DNA of 64,000 bases from an uncultured Chloroflexia bacterium. Lineage in GTDB: Bacteria; Chloroflexota; Limnocylindria; Limnocylindrales; CSP1-4. The DNA lies in NCBI GenBank assembly GCA_963746845.1, contig CAVVCZ010000009.1, positions 41,909-105,908 on the forward strand, read 5' to 3'. Every line of letters begins with the position of its first letter. Within the stretch, counting starts at the first letter, position 1. This document shows positions 19,607 to 29,402 of the stretch, one piece after another. The notes under the pieces are model-generated. The model did no database searches, had not been told where the DNA came from, and saw nothing but the letters and a program-made list of their open reading frames with translations. Made by a program: the position numbers and the translations under genes.

Positions 19607-20900
19607 ACGGGCCCGGGGCCGCCGGCTCCAGACCGGCTGCGATCGTCGCTGGGCTGAGCTGCTCACGGAGTAACCGGCCGAACCGGGCCGGCCGCCGGTC
19701 TTCCGGCACCGCCGCCAGCCAATCGCCAAGCAACGCCTCGCCCTCGTGGTACACGAACACGTATGTCCGCCACATCGGATGCTCGATGAACTCGAGGCGC
19801 TTGGCCGCGACGTCGGGCGCGTATCGCCCGACTCGCTCGAGCCAGGCGAGGACCGCCTCGTGGGACCAGCCGTCGGCATGACGAAGCAAGGCCGCATTGA
19901 CGCGTGACTCCGTGAGGCGGCGGCGGTGCGGGGCCAGCGCGACCGTTCGCTCGGCGGCCTCGCGGACGGCGATCGGGTCGGACGCGATCGGCAGGCCGGC
20001 CCGGGCGTAGATCTCGACAAGCAGGTCCGGCTCGGTCGCGGCGGGCGAGATCACGAGATGGCCGAGATCGGCCAGTCCCTCGCTGACCAGGCACTCGGGG
20101 GTGTTGATCAGCAGGACGCTCGCCTCGAGCCGCTGCCGCCGCTCGACGAGCTCGATCTCCTTCCACGCATGCTCGAGATGGTGGCCCGGGTACGCCTCGT
20201 GGGCGACGAGGTGGATCAGATCCGCGGCCTTCGGCGGCAGGTCCGTGTTCAGATCGAACCGCGAGCGGCGGCCGCCGTCGTACCAGTTGTAGGCGGTCCA
20301 CGGCTGATCCCGGACGTACCGGATCCGGATCGCCTCGTCGGCGGGGACGCCGACGAGCGTCGCGGCGCGAGACCGGAGCTCGTCGACAAGCCAGTCGAGC
20401 ACCGACGGCAGCCGGTCCTGGGCCACCACGAACCGGTCATCCCATGCGGCAAGGCGCTCCGCGACGGGCTCCGGACCCGGCAGCAACCGATCGATCTCCG
20501 CAGCGGCCGCATCGAACAGCGCCTCGTCGCGTCGGACCGGCACCCAGTCGAAGCAGCGCGTCGCCAGCTCGAGATACGGGATCGAGGTGCCCGTGAGGAC
20601 CTCGGCCTGCGTCTGGAGCGCCGTCGCCTGGACCGCCAGCCACGATCGACGAGCCGGCTCGGCGACCTCGTCCGGGATCCGCTCGAGGAGCGTCGTCGCG
20701 TCGTCGACGAGGTCGGCCGGCGAGCGGAGCTGCTCGATGTCGACCGTCGCCTTCAGGTCGGCCGGACCGTAGTAGCCGTCGACGACGCCCGGCGCATGCT
20801 GATCGAGACGGAGCGCGAGGAGGAGATAGTCGCGCGCGATGGGGTCCGGGACCGGGACACGCCGCTGACCCCCGACGGCGAGCGTCGTCTCGTCCGTCAC
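19590..20900 (-). CDS. DUF885-like putative zinc metallopeptidase
   Basis: HEAYPGHH and SEGLA motifs; GTG start overlapping the upstream stop. Confidence 0.8.
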   Translation of the reverse strand: MTDETTLAVGGQRRVPVPDPIARDYLLLALRLDQHAPGVVDGYYGPADLKATVDIEQLRSPADLVDDATTLLERIPDEVAEPARRSWLAVQATALQTQAEVLTGTSIPYLELATRCFDWVPVRRDEALFDAAAAEIDRLLPGPEPVAERLAAWDDRFVVAQDRLPSVLDWLVDELRSRAATLVGVPADEAIRIRYVRDQPWTAYNWYDGGRRSRFDLNTDLPPKAADLIHLVAHEAYPGHHLEHAWKEIELVERRQRLEASVLLINTPECLVSEGLADLGHLVISPAATEPDLLVEIYARAGLPIASDPIAVREAAERTVALAPHRRRLTESRVNAALLRHADGWSHEAVLAWLERVGRYAPDVAAKRLEFIEHPMWRTYVFVYHEGEALLGDWLAAVPEDRRPARFGRLLREQLSPATIAAGLEPAAPGPSTAPS

Positions 20901-21274
20901 GCGCGTGGATCGCCCGGCACCGAGCCCATCCCCTGGCCCGGCGCCATCCCCCGCTCCTCTCCGACGAACGGCATCCCCTGCCGCTCGACCGCGTCGAGGC
21001 TCATCCGCAGCGCGGAGGTCTTCGCCTCGGCCACCTCGCGGACGTAAGCCGCCTCTTCGTCCGGCGTCATCGGCCGGCCGCGGACGATGTCCTTCGGCTT
21101 GCCGACCATCAGCCAGGCCAGGTGGTAGCGATCCATCGAGCCCCACGCCGCCGAGAGCAGGTCGTCGGACAGCTGCAGCCAGGTCTGGAGGCCCCGAAGC
21201 GTCGGTTGTGCCTGAAGCCGGTCGCCCTCCTCGACGAGCTGGCGGGTCCGTGCGATCAGCTCGTCGCGGGTCAC
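20897..21274 (-). CDS. Hypothetical protein
   Basis: GTGA overlaps at both ends within an operon; helical sequence (V)TRDELIARTRQL... Confidence 0.7.
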   Translation of the reverse strand: MTRDELIARTRQLVEEGDRLQAQPTLRGLQTWLQLSDDLLSAAWGSMDRYHLAWLMVGKPKDIVRGRPMTPDEEAAYVREVAEAKTSALRMSLDAVERQGMPFVGEERGMAPGQGMGSVPGDPRA

Positions 21275-22230
21275 GACGCGGCCTCCTCGCCGCGGATGAA
21301 CGCCTCCCGATCCGCCCTCGCCCGGAGCGTCCACGGACCGGGCCGGCCCGCACCGATCGGCTCGCCCGCGAACCGGGTCACGGGCAGCACCCCGGCGACC
21401 GAGCTCGAGAGGAACGCCTCATCCGCCTCGGCGAGGTCGCGGACCGTGAGCCACGCCTCCTCGGGACGAAGGCCGGCGGTCGCGGCCCAGCGGAGGATCC
21501 AGTCGCGGGTCGTCCCGGGCAGGATCGCGCACGCCGGCGACGGCGTCGCGAGGACGTCGCCATGAACCAGGAAGAGGTTGGCGGACGTCGCCTCCGACAG
21601 GTAGCCGTCGATCGTGAGGAACAGGGCGTCGTCGGCGCCGGCGGTGCGCGCCTCGATCCTCGCGTGGACGTAGTCCGCACGGGACGTCGTCTTCAACGCG
21701 TTCAGCGGGCTCTCCGGGTCGCGCCGGACCGCGCTGGCGACGAGGTGGAGACCGATCTCGAGATGGGTCGTCGGCGTCGGTGGCACCGGCCACGCCTGGA
21801 CGACGATCGTCGGGGTCGGGTGCTCGTCCGGCGGGAGCAGCCCCCGGCCGAAGAAGGCCCCCCGCGAGACCGTGATCCGGACGCTGGCGTCGCCGTCGGG
21901 CCCGCCGAGGCCCTCGACGAGGATCAGCTCGTCGATCGCCCGGGCAAGGGTCGCCTCGAGGTCGTCGGGGAGCGGGATCGCGAGCCCGGCCGCGGATCGC
22001 CGCAGCCGCGCCGCGTGCTCATCCAGCTCGGTCGGGCGGGCACCGCGCGCGCGGAGCGTCTCGAACACCCCGTCGCCGAGCTGGAAACCGCGGTCGAACG
22101 CGGTCAGCACCGGCTCGTCGGCCGGCACGACGCGTCCGTCGATCCAGACGTGGCGCGGCATCGCCGACATCGGCGGCGTCGCCAGGGACGACGGCCGTCC
22201 GCCCGGCGCGACCCGCTCCCCGCCGCTCAT
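21271..22230 (-). CDS. pabC: Class IV aminotransferase / 4-amino-4-deoxychorismate lyase (PabC-like)
   Basis: DRGFQLGDGVFET, PLP lysine LKTTSR, SEATSAN, ILPGTTR, EAFLSSS; directly downstream of pabB. Confidence 0.8.
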   Translation of the reverse strand: MSGGERVAPGGRPSSLATPPMSAMPRHVWIDGRVVPADEPVLTAFDRGFQLGDGVFETLRARGARPTELDEHAARLRRSAAGLAIPLPDDLEATLARAIDELILVEGLGGPDGDASVRITVSRGAFFGRGLLPPDEHPTPTIVVQAWPVPPTPTTHLEIGLHLVASAVRRDPESPLNALKTTSRADYVHARIEARTAGADDALFLTIDGYLSEATSANLFLVHGDVLATPSPACAILPGTTRDWILRWAATAGLRPEEAWLTVRDLAEADEAFLSSSVAGVLPVTRFAGEPIGAGRPGPWTLRARADREAFIRGEEAAS

Positions 22231-23762
22231 GGCAGCCCGGCCATTGGCGAGTCGTTTGATGCGATCTCGCGTCCGCCGATCGCGCCGAGCGGTCCGCGCG
22301 CCTTCGCGACGGTCTCCGCCCATTCGGCCGCAGGATCGCTCCCCCACGTGATCCCGCCACCGACGTGCAGGGTGAGCCGGGTGCCGTCGGCGACGAGCGT
22401 GCGGATGAGGACCGACGTCGCCATCGCGCCGTCCGGCCCGATCCAGCCGAGCGCGCCGGTGTACGGGCCGCGGCGCGTCGGCTCGAGCTCGCGCAGGATC
22501 TCCATCGCCCGGATCTTCGGCGCGCCGGTGATCGATCCACCCGGGAACGACGCGACGAGGAGGTCGAACGGATCGCGGCCCGGGGCGAGCCGGCCGGTCA
22601 CGGTCGAGACGAGGTGCTGGACGGCCGCGGTGCGTTCGAGCCGGCAGAGCCGCGGCACGCGGACGGTCCCGGGGCGGCAGACCCGGCCGAGATCGTTGCG
22701 CAGGACGTCGACGATCATCACGTTCTCGGCTCGGTCCTTGGCCGAGTGGAGCAGCTCTCGAGCCAGCGCCCGATCCTCGTCCCGGGTCCGGCCGCGCGGT
22801 CGGGTGCCCTTGATCGGGTCGGTCGAGACGCGGCCGTCGCGGGTCGCCGCGAGGAACGGCTCGGGGGATGCCGACAGGATCGCCCGCGGGCGCGCCGGCG
22901 CCGTCCCGCGCACGGAACGATGACCCGGCGCCCCGCTCCCCAGGTCCAGCCACGCCGAGAACAGCGCCGGATCGCCCGTCCGGAGGCGCCGGTAGAGCGG
23001 CCACGGATCGCCGTCGAACGGCGTCGACAGCCGCCGCGTGAGGTTCGCCTGGTAGATCTGGCCGCGCGCGATCCGGTCGCGGATCGTCTCGACGCCGGCC
23101 TCATACGCTTGCCTGTCCAGCGACGACACGAACGCGAGATCGATCGGGGCATCGTCGGCACCGGAGGACGGACCGCGCGTCGCCGTCCCGATCCGGATGC
23201 GCTCACGGACCTCGGCCAGGCGCCGGTCCAGGCGGTGGCCGTCCCCGTCGAGCGCCCGGCCCGCCAGCCACGCCCGCCCGGTCCGACGGTCCCAGGCGAT
23301 CGTCCAGTCGTGCAGGGCGAGCCGGAGCGGCGGCAGGTCCTGGTCGTCGGGCGCCGGCTCCGGCAGCCGCTCCAGCAGGTCGCCGAGCTCGTACCCGAGA
23401 AACCCGACGAGGCCGCCCAGGAACGGCGGAACGTCCGCGTTCGTCGTCTCGCCGGCGTTCGGCGTCTGGCTCGTGTCCGCCGGCGTCACGGGATCCGCCG
23501 CCAGACGCGCGAGGAGCCGACGCGCGACGGCGAACGGGTCGGCGCCGGCGGCGGGCTCCGTCAGGACCGCGACCGGGTCGGCGGTGAGATAGCTCCACCG
23601 GGCATTCCGGCCGGGCCGGGCGCTCTCCAGGAGCGCCAGACCGGGCAGGTCGCGGAACGTCTCCGCGACATCGATCGGGCGGGCGGCCGCCACCTCGGGC
23701 AGCGGCACGAGCCGGACGCGGCTGGGCGGTGCCGCGGAACGCTCGCCCGGGACGTGGATCAC
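22227..23762 (-). CDS. pabB: Aminodeoxychorismate synthase component I (PabB)
   Basis: LLES, YQANL, SPEPF, PIKGTRPR, KDRAENVMIVDVLRND, FPGGSITGAPK; TATCAT-N6-GTG. Confidence 0.9.
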   Translation of the reverse strand: MIHVPGERSAAPPSRVRLVPLPEVAAARPIDVAETFRDLPGLALLESARPGRNARWSYLTADPVAVLTEPAAGADPFAVARRLLARLAADPVTPADTSQTPNAGETTNADVPPFLGGLVGFLGYELGDLLERLPEPAPDDQDLPPLRLALHDWTIAWDRRTGRAWLAGRALDGDGHRLDRRLAEVRERIRIGTATRGPSSGADDAPIDLAFVSSLDRQAYEAGVETIRDRIARGQIYQANLTRRLSTPFDGDPWPLYRRLRTGDPALFSAWLDLGSGAPGHRSVRGTAPARPRAILSASPEPFLAATRDGRVSTDPIKGTRPRGRTRDEDRALARELLHSAKDRAENVMIVDVLRNDLGRVCRPGTVRVPRLCRLERTAAVQHLVSTVTGRLAPGRDPFDLLVASFPGGSITGAPKIRAMEILRELEPTRRGPYTGALGWIGPDGAMATSVLIRTLVADGTRLTLHVGGGITWGSDPAAEWAETVAKARGPLGAIGGREIASNDSPMAGLP

Positions 23763-23834
23763 CCGGCGATGATAGGGACCGAAGGCCTGTCGGGTGATCG
23801 AGCGCGCGGCCCGTGGCCAGAGGAGAACGCCCAC

Positions 23835-24998
23835 GTGCGAGCACGAGACCTGGGGATCGTCATCGGCCATGGCCTGCCCGGGCCGTCCAACGCGATCACG
23901 GACGTCGCCGGCGTGCGGGTCGGACACACGACGCTCGTCGTCGGCGACGGACCACTGGTCGTCGGGACCGGCCCGGTCCGGACCGGCGTGACGATGGTCA
24001 TCCCCCACGACGGCGACATCTGGACCGAGCCCGTCTACGCCGGGAGCCATCGCCTGAATGGCAACGGTGAGCTGACGGGACTCGAGTGGATCCGCGAGGC
24101 GGGTCACCTCACCGGCCCGATCGGGATCACGAACACCCACTCGGTCGGGGTCGTCCGCGACGGGATCATCCGGAGCGCCGTCCGGAAGGTGCCATTCGGC
24201 ACGTCGTACTGGGCGCTGCCGGTCGTGGGCGAGACGTGGGACGGGCTGCTCAACGACATCGACGGCTTCCACGTCACCGCCGACCACGTCGACGCCGCGC
24301 TGGCCGCGGCGACCGGCGGCGCCGTCCAGGAGGGAGGCGTCGGCGGCGGGACAGGCATGGTCTGCCACGAGTTCAAGGGCGGGATCGGGACCGCGTCGCG
24401 GGTCGTCTCCGCCGAGTGGGGCGGCTTCACGGTCGGCGTGCTCGTCCAGGCGAACTACGGCCGGCGCGACCTGCTCCGCGTCGACGGTGTCCCGGTCGGC
24501 GAGGCGATCCCGGCGACGGAGGTCCCGAGCCCATACACCGGCACCCCCCACGACGATGACGAGGCGCCGGCGCCGGCGCCCCGGTCCGGTTCGATCATCG
24601 TCATCGTCGCGACGGACGCCCCGCTGCTCCCCCACCAGTGCGAGCGCCTCGCCCAGCGTGCGGGTCTCGGCATCGCCCGGGCTGGCGGGACCGGCGCCCA
24701 CTCGAGCGGCGACCTGTTCCTGTGTTTCGCGACGGGCAACCGGAGCTTGCCCCGGACGACGTTCCGGTCCGATCCGCGGCTCGCCGCCGACATCCGTGTC
24801 CTGAACGACTTCGCGATCGGGCCGCTGTTCGACGCGACGATCGAGGCGACCGAGGAAGCGATCCTCAACGCGCTCGTCGGCGCGTCAACGATGACCGGGC
24901 GGGACGGGATCACCGCGTACGCCCTGCCGCACGACCGACTCCTCGAGACGATGGCGCGGTTCGGGCGGCCCGCGCGGCCCGATCGAACGGCAGCCTGA
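23835..24998 (+). CDS. DmpA/P1 (S58) family aminopeptidase
   Basis: NAITDVAGVRVGH, NGNGELTG, GSII autoproteolysis site, SSGD; GAGGAG SD. Confidence 0.92.
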   Translation: MRARDLGIVIGHGLPGPSNAITDVAGVRVGHTTLVVGDGPLVVGTGPVRTGVTMVIPHDGDIWTEPVYAGSHRLNGNGELTGLEWIREAGHLTGPIGITNTHSVGVVRDGIIRSAVRKVPFGTSYWALPVVGETWDGLLNDIDGFHVTADHVDAALAAATGGAVQEGGVGGGTGMVCHEFKGGIGTASRVVSAEWGGFTVGVLVQANYGRRDLLRVDGVPVGEAIPATEVPSPYTGTPHDDDEAPAPAPRSGSIIVIVATDAPLLPHQCERLAQRAGLGIARAGGTGAHSSGDLFLCFATGNRSLPRTTFRSDPRLAADIRVLNDFAIGPLFDATIEATEEAILNALVGASTMTGRDGITAYALPHDRLLETMARFGRPARPDRTAA

Positions 24999-25003
24999 CG
25001 CCG

Positions 25004-25864
25004 ATGGGGGGAGCGACCGTCGACATCCGCGTGGCGAGCGAGGACGACCTGCCGGCGATCCGGGCGATCCTGGCCGCCCACGGCAACGACGGCGCCATCG
25101 TCAACGCCGACATCGTCGGCCCGTACCTGCGGCACCTGATGACCCGCGGTCGCGCCCGCGTCGCGGTCGAGGGCGAGGACGTGATCGGATTCGGGGCGAC
25201 GATCGACACCGGTCCGGCGGTCCACCTCGCCGACCTGTTCGTGCGCAAGGAAAGACTCGGCCAGGGGATCGGCCGGCCGCTGCTCGCGGAATCATTCGGC
25301 GACGCCGAGCGCCGGACGACCTTCGCCTCGGACGACCCGCGAGCCCTCCCGATCTACGTCCGGGCCGGGATGCGACCATGGTGGGCGAGCCTGTATGTCG
25401 AAGGCCCGGCGGAGCGGATCCCGCCGGCACCGCCGGCGCTCACGACGCGACCCGCGACGGCCGACGAGCTCGCGACGATCGAGACAGGCTGGACCGGCCA
25501 CGACCGCCTCGCCGATTGGCGGCATTGGACGACCCAGGCCGGCGCCGACAACTTCACCGTCCTGGACGGCGGTGACCTCGTCGCGATCGCGACGGCACGG
25601 GTCCGCCAGGCGAGCCCGGTGCGGGTCCTCAATCGGCTGGTCGTCCATCCGGATGCGGGCGTGGACCCCGTGCCGGTGACGCTCGCGGCGATCGCCCGGT
25701 CCGGCCAGAGCGGGATCGTCCTGTCGTGCATCCAGGGACCCAGCCCGGTCCTCCGGCCGCTCCTCGACCTCGGGTTCCGGATCGCGGATCGCGACCAGTT
25801 CCTCGCCAGCGAGCCCGGCCTCGTCGATCCGGCCCGCCTGATCCCGAACCCGGGGATGCTCTAG
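25004..25864 (+). CDS. GNAT family acetyltransferase (tandem domain)
   Basis: DLFVRKERLGQGIGRPLL, ALPIYVRAGM. Confidence 0.8.
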   Translation: MGGATVDIRVASEDDLPAIRAILAAHGNDGAIVNADIVGPYLRHLMTRGRARVAVEGEDVIGFGATIDTGPAVHLADLFVRKERLGQGIGRPLLAESFGDAERRTTFASDDPRALPIYVRAGMRPWWASLYVEGPAERIPPAPPALTTRPATADELATIETGWTGHDRLADWRHWTTQAGADNFTVLDGGDLVAIATARVRQASPVRVLNRLVVHPDAGVDPVPVTLAAIARSGQSGIVLSCIQGPSPVLRPLLDLGFRIADRDQFLASEPGLVDPARLIPNPGML

Positions 25865-28800
25865 GACTCCCCCAACCCGGCGCGGGCCGCGATAGCGGCG
25901 GCTTCGACCCGGCTCGACACGCCGAGCTTCCCGAGGATGTTCGAGACGTGGACGCCGACGGTGCTCTCGCTGATGAACAGCGTCTCGCCGATCTGCCGGT
26001 TCGAACGCCCGTCGACGACCTGGAGCAGGACCTCGAGCTCGCGCACCGTGAGCCCGAACGGCCGCGCGGCGGGACCCTTGGCGGCGATCGTCGTCGTCGC
26101 GCCCGATCCGCCGCTCGCCGTGGCTGGTTCGAGCTCGATCCGGGCCGCCCGCGCCAGAAGCTCGATGGACTGGACGAGCGGCAACGCGCCGAGCCGCGCC
26201 GCGATGGCGTGCGCCTCGCGCAGCTCGTCCGTCGCCTCCGAGCGCGATCCGCGCGTCGCGAGGGTCGCCTGGGCGAGCCGTTCGAGGCACCAGGCGAGGC
26301 GGAACGGCTGACCGATCCCGCGCCACTGCGCCACGGCGGTTCGCCACGCATCCGGGTCCGCCTCACCGGTCAGGCTCGGGGCTTCAGCCTCGGCGATCGC
26401 GAGGAATCCCCGCGCCAGCTCGGCCAGGTGATCGGTCCGGGAGGAGATCGGGTCCACGAAGGCCCGAAGACGCCCGAGGATCGCGCGTCCCGCAACCTGC
26501 GCCGCTGCCTCCTCGTCGGGCCGACGGCGCGCCCGGGCCGTCGTCGCCAGCTCGACCAGGCCGATCAGCGCGAGCGACAGGAGCTCCGGCCTGCGGCGGA
26601 TGTCCTGCGTGTCGGACATCCGGTCGATCCCCTCCTCGACCACGCGCTCGACCTCCTCGGGACGGCGATCGTGCAGGGCCAGCTCGGCGAGCCCGATGTA
26701 CATGGGTCCGGTGAACTGGGCGTCGCGGAGCGGCTGGATCGTGTCGTAGACGGCGTGGAGCAGGCGCCGGGCCTCCTCCGGCCGGCCGCTCCACAGGGCG
26801 AGGGGCGCGGCCACGATGGCCAGGTTCAATCGTCCGACACCCTCCGTCGCCGGGTCGCCCTCGAATGCGACCAGCGGGCGCGCTTCCTCCCAGCGGCCCA
26901 GGTCGACCAGGGCGGACGCGGCATTGGCCTCGAGGAATGCGCCCTGGAGCCGCCACATCCCGAGCCTCCGGGCCCACCCAACGCCCTCCATCGCCACGGC
27001 GACGGCCTCCTCCGGCCGTCCGGCGTCCTGGAGCACCGTCGACAGGTTGGAGAACGCCCGGTGCAGATCGTGGGCCCGCTCGATCTCGAGTGTCCGATCC
27101 ATCGCCTCGCGCAGGATCCGGATTCCGGCCTCCATGTCCCCGAGCTCGGCCGTCGCGACCCCGAGCGTGTTCAACGCGTACGCCTCGACGTCGCGAGCGC
27201 CGACGCTGCGGGCCATCCCCACGGCCTGCTCGGCGTGGCGGGCCGCCGAGGAGAACTGGTCCTTGACCATGTGGATCCCGGCCAGCCCGGAGTAGACGCG
27301 AGCGGCCTCCGCCGAGGGAGGGAGGCCCGCGAGGAGGCCGACCGCGTCGTCGAGGACGCGGATCGCCCCGGGCAGATCGGCGGACAGCCACAGCGCGCGG
27401 CCGAGCCGCTCGCGGAGGAGCGCCGCGCGCAGCGGGTCCGTCGCTGCGTCGAAGCGATCGACGGCGGTCCGCGCGATCTCGGCGGCGCGAGCCGAGTCGC
27501 CCGTGTGGATCAGCGCCATCGACGCCTCGTACATGAGCTGGATCGGATCCACGTCCGCCGGCCGACTCGACTCGTCCACGGCGTCCCACAGGTCGAGGGC
27601 GCGCTCGTAGGCGAGCGCGGATTCGGCCATCGCGTAGGCACGGGCGTTGGCCCGCGCCGCGTCGATCCACGAGCGGAGGGCGCGGACGACGTCGTGCGCG
27701 GCCGTGGCGTGGTGGGCGAGCGCGGACAGCTGGCTGGCGCCGGCCGCACCGTCCGGGACCGGGCGGCGCTCGAGCGTGGAGACATACCCGGCGTGCCAGG
27801 CACGACGCTCCCGCGGTAACAGGTCGTCGTAGACCGCCTCCTGGACGAGGGCATGGCGGAACCCGTAGCCGGGCTGACCATCGAGATCGACCGGCACGAT
27901 CAGCTGGGCCTCGACCGCTTCGCGCAGCGCCGCGGTGAGCTCCGCCTCGTCGCGATCGGCGACGTCCGCAAGCACGTCGTGGTCGACCGTCGGACCCGAG
28001 ACGGCGGCGATGCCGAGCACCTCCTGGCTTCGGTCGGACAGGCCGCCGACGCGGGCGAGCAGGACGTCGCGGAGATCGTCCGGGAGACGCCGTGGGTCCG
28101 CGCCGGCCCCGCACGCGATCAGCTCCTCGACGAAGAAGGGGTTGCCGCTCGTGCGGCGATGGATCGATTCGAGCAGGTCCGGGCTCGGTGGCGCCTCGAG
28201 GATCGCCTCGATCTGGCGGCGCAGCTCCCCGGCGTCGAACCGTTGCAGCTCCAGCCGGCGGACCTGCGGCAGACGCTCCATCTCGGCGAGCCACGGCCGG
28301 AGCGGGTGGCGCCGGTGGAGCTCGTCCGTCCGGTACGTCGCGATGATCGCGACCCGTTCGTGTCGGGCGTTCCGGGCGAGGAACGCGAGGATGTCGCGGG
28401 TGGATCGGTCAGCCCAGTGGAGGTCCTCGAGCACGAGGAGCGTCGGAGCCCGCTCGCCCAGTCGCCCGACGAGCGTCAGGAGGCCCTCGAACAGCCGGGT
28501 CTGTGCCCAATCGGGGCGGGCGTTGAGCCATGGGCCTTCGTCCGGCGTGCCGCCGAGCTCGGGAACGAGTCGGGCGAGCTCGGACGTCGAGTCGTCGACG
28601 AGGCCCGCCAGATGATCCCTGCCGACCTCGCGGATCAGTGCCCGGAGGGCGGAGGCGATCGGCGCGAACGGAAGCGCCTCGTCGTTACCCAGGCTGACGC
28701 AGGCCCCTTCGAGGGCGATCACCCCTCGGGCGCGGGCGCGCCCGATCAGCTCGTCGAGGAGCCGGGTCTTGCCGATCCCGGCCTCGCCGCCGACGAGCAC

Positions 28801-28974
28801 CGTCGCGGCGGTTCCGGCCGCGGCGCCATCGAGCGCCTCGATCAGCTCGTCGACTTCCTCGTCCCGCCCGATGAACACCGGGCTCGTCACCCGCTGGAGC
28901 ACGGGCTCGATCATAGGCGCCGGATCGTCGGCGTCCAGCGGGGGCGCGAGCGCCGCCTCGAGGACGTGGCTCAC
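25861..28974 (-). CDS. AAA ATPase-TPR-LuxR HTH transcriptional regulator (alternative start 28914)
   Basis: FIGRDEE, Walker A GEAGIGKT, LEDLHWAD, SGNPFF; C-terminal LTVRELEVL...SNRQIG..LFISESTV..HVSNILGKLGV. Confidence 0.93.
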   Translation of the reverse strand: MSHVLEAALAPPLDADDPAPMIEPVLQRVTSPVFIGRDEEVDELIEALDGAAAGTAATVLVGGEAGIGKTRLLDELIGRARARGVIALEGACVSLGNDEALPFAPIASALRALIREVGRDHLAGLVDDSTSELARLVPELGGTPDEGPWLNARPDWAQTRLFEGLLTLVGRLGERAPTLLVLEDLHWADRSTRDILAFLARNARHERVAIIATYRTDELHRRHPLRPWLAEMERLPQVRRLELQRFDAGELRRQIEAILEAPPSPDLLESIHRRTSGNPFFVEELIACGAGADPRRLPDDLRDVLLARVGGLSDRSQEVLGIAAVSGPTVDHDVLADVADRDEAELTAALREAVEAQLIVPVDLDGQPGYGFRHALVQEAVYDDLLPRERRAWHAGYVSTLERRPVPDGAAGASQLSALAHHATAAHDVVRALRSWIDAARANARAYAMAESALAYERALDLWDAVDESSRPADVDPIQLMYEASMALIHTGDSARAAEIARTAVDRFDAATDPLRAALLRERLGRALWLSADLPGAIRVLDDAVGLLAGLPPSAEAARVYSGLAGIHMVKDQFSSAARHAEQAVGMARSVGARDVEAYALNTLGVATAELGDMEAGIRILREAMDRTLEIERAHDLHRAFSNLSTVLQDAGRPEEAVAVAMEGVGWARRLGMWRLQGAFLEANAASALVDLGRWEEARPLVAFEGDPATEGVGRLNLAIVAAPLALWSGRPEEARRLLHAVYDTIQPLRDAQFTGPMYIGLAELALHDRRPEEVERVVEEGIDRMSDTQDIRRRPELLSLALIGLVELATTARARRRPDEEAAAQVAGRAILGRLRAFVDPISSRTDHLAELARGFLAIAEAEAPSLTGEADPDAWRTAVAQWRGIGQPFRLAWCLERLAQATLATRGSRSEATDELREAHAIAARLGALPLVQSIELLARAARIELEPATASGGSGATTTIAAKGPAARPFGLTVRELEVLLQVVDGRSNRQIGETLFISESTVGVHVSNILGKLGVSSRVEAAAIAARAGLGES

Positions 28975-29177
28975 GCGGCGGCGGGCCGACGGCCGGTCCG
29001 CCGGACGAGCGCCGCCAGCCGGGTCCTGACCGTCGGCCGACCGCGGAGCGACGCCGCGGTCGCCGGTCCTGCGGGATGGGCGGGTCGAGCCGTGTGGGCC
29101 AGCCGCTCACGGCTCGCCTCCTCGCGTCCCGCATCCAGCTGCAGGTTGATGAACATCAGTCGGGCCATCCCGTCCAT
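28971..29177 (-). CDS. Small hypothetical protein coupled to the LuxR regulator
   Basis: Strong SD GAAGGAGG; stop overlaps the regulator GTG (GTGA). Confidence 0.55.
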   Translation of the reverse strand: MDGMARLMFINLQLDAGREEASRERLAHTARPAHPAGPATAASLRGRPTVRTRLAALVRRTGRRPAAA

Positions 29178-29301
29178 CGGTCCCTCCTTCGCATGGCGTG
29201 TCCAGTCACGACGGTAGGAGCCGACGAACGAGCTGCCATCCTTCGTCCTTCGAGTTCTGCGGTCGGCCGGCCTTTAGTTCCGGATCCTGACCCTTCAGGA
29301 C

Positions 29302-29339
29302 GCACAAACGCCCCGACCGCGAATCGCGATCGGGGCGTT
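29302..29339 (-). terminator. Intrinsic terminator downstream of the sulfurtransferase
   Basis: AACGCCCCGA...TCGGGGCGTT hairpin followed by TTTGT on the - strand. Confidence 0.7.
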
Positions 29340-29402
29340 GAGCGCGACAGCCGGTGACGTCGCCACGGGCCGCGACTGCGCTCGTCCAGCCGCGACAGCC
29401 GA

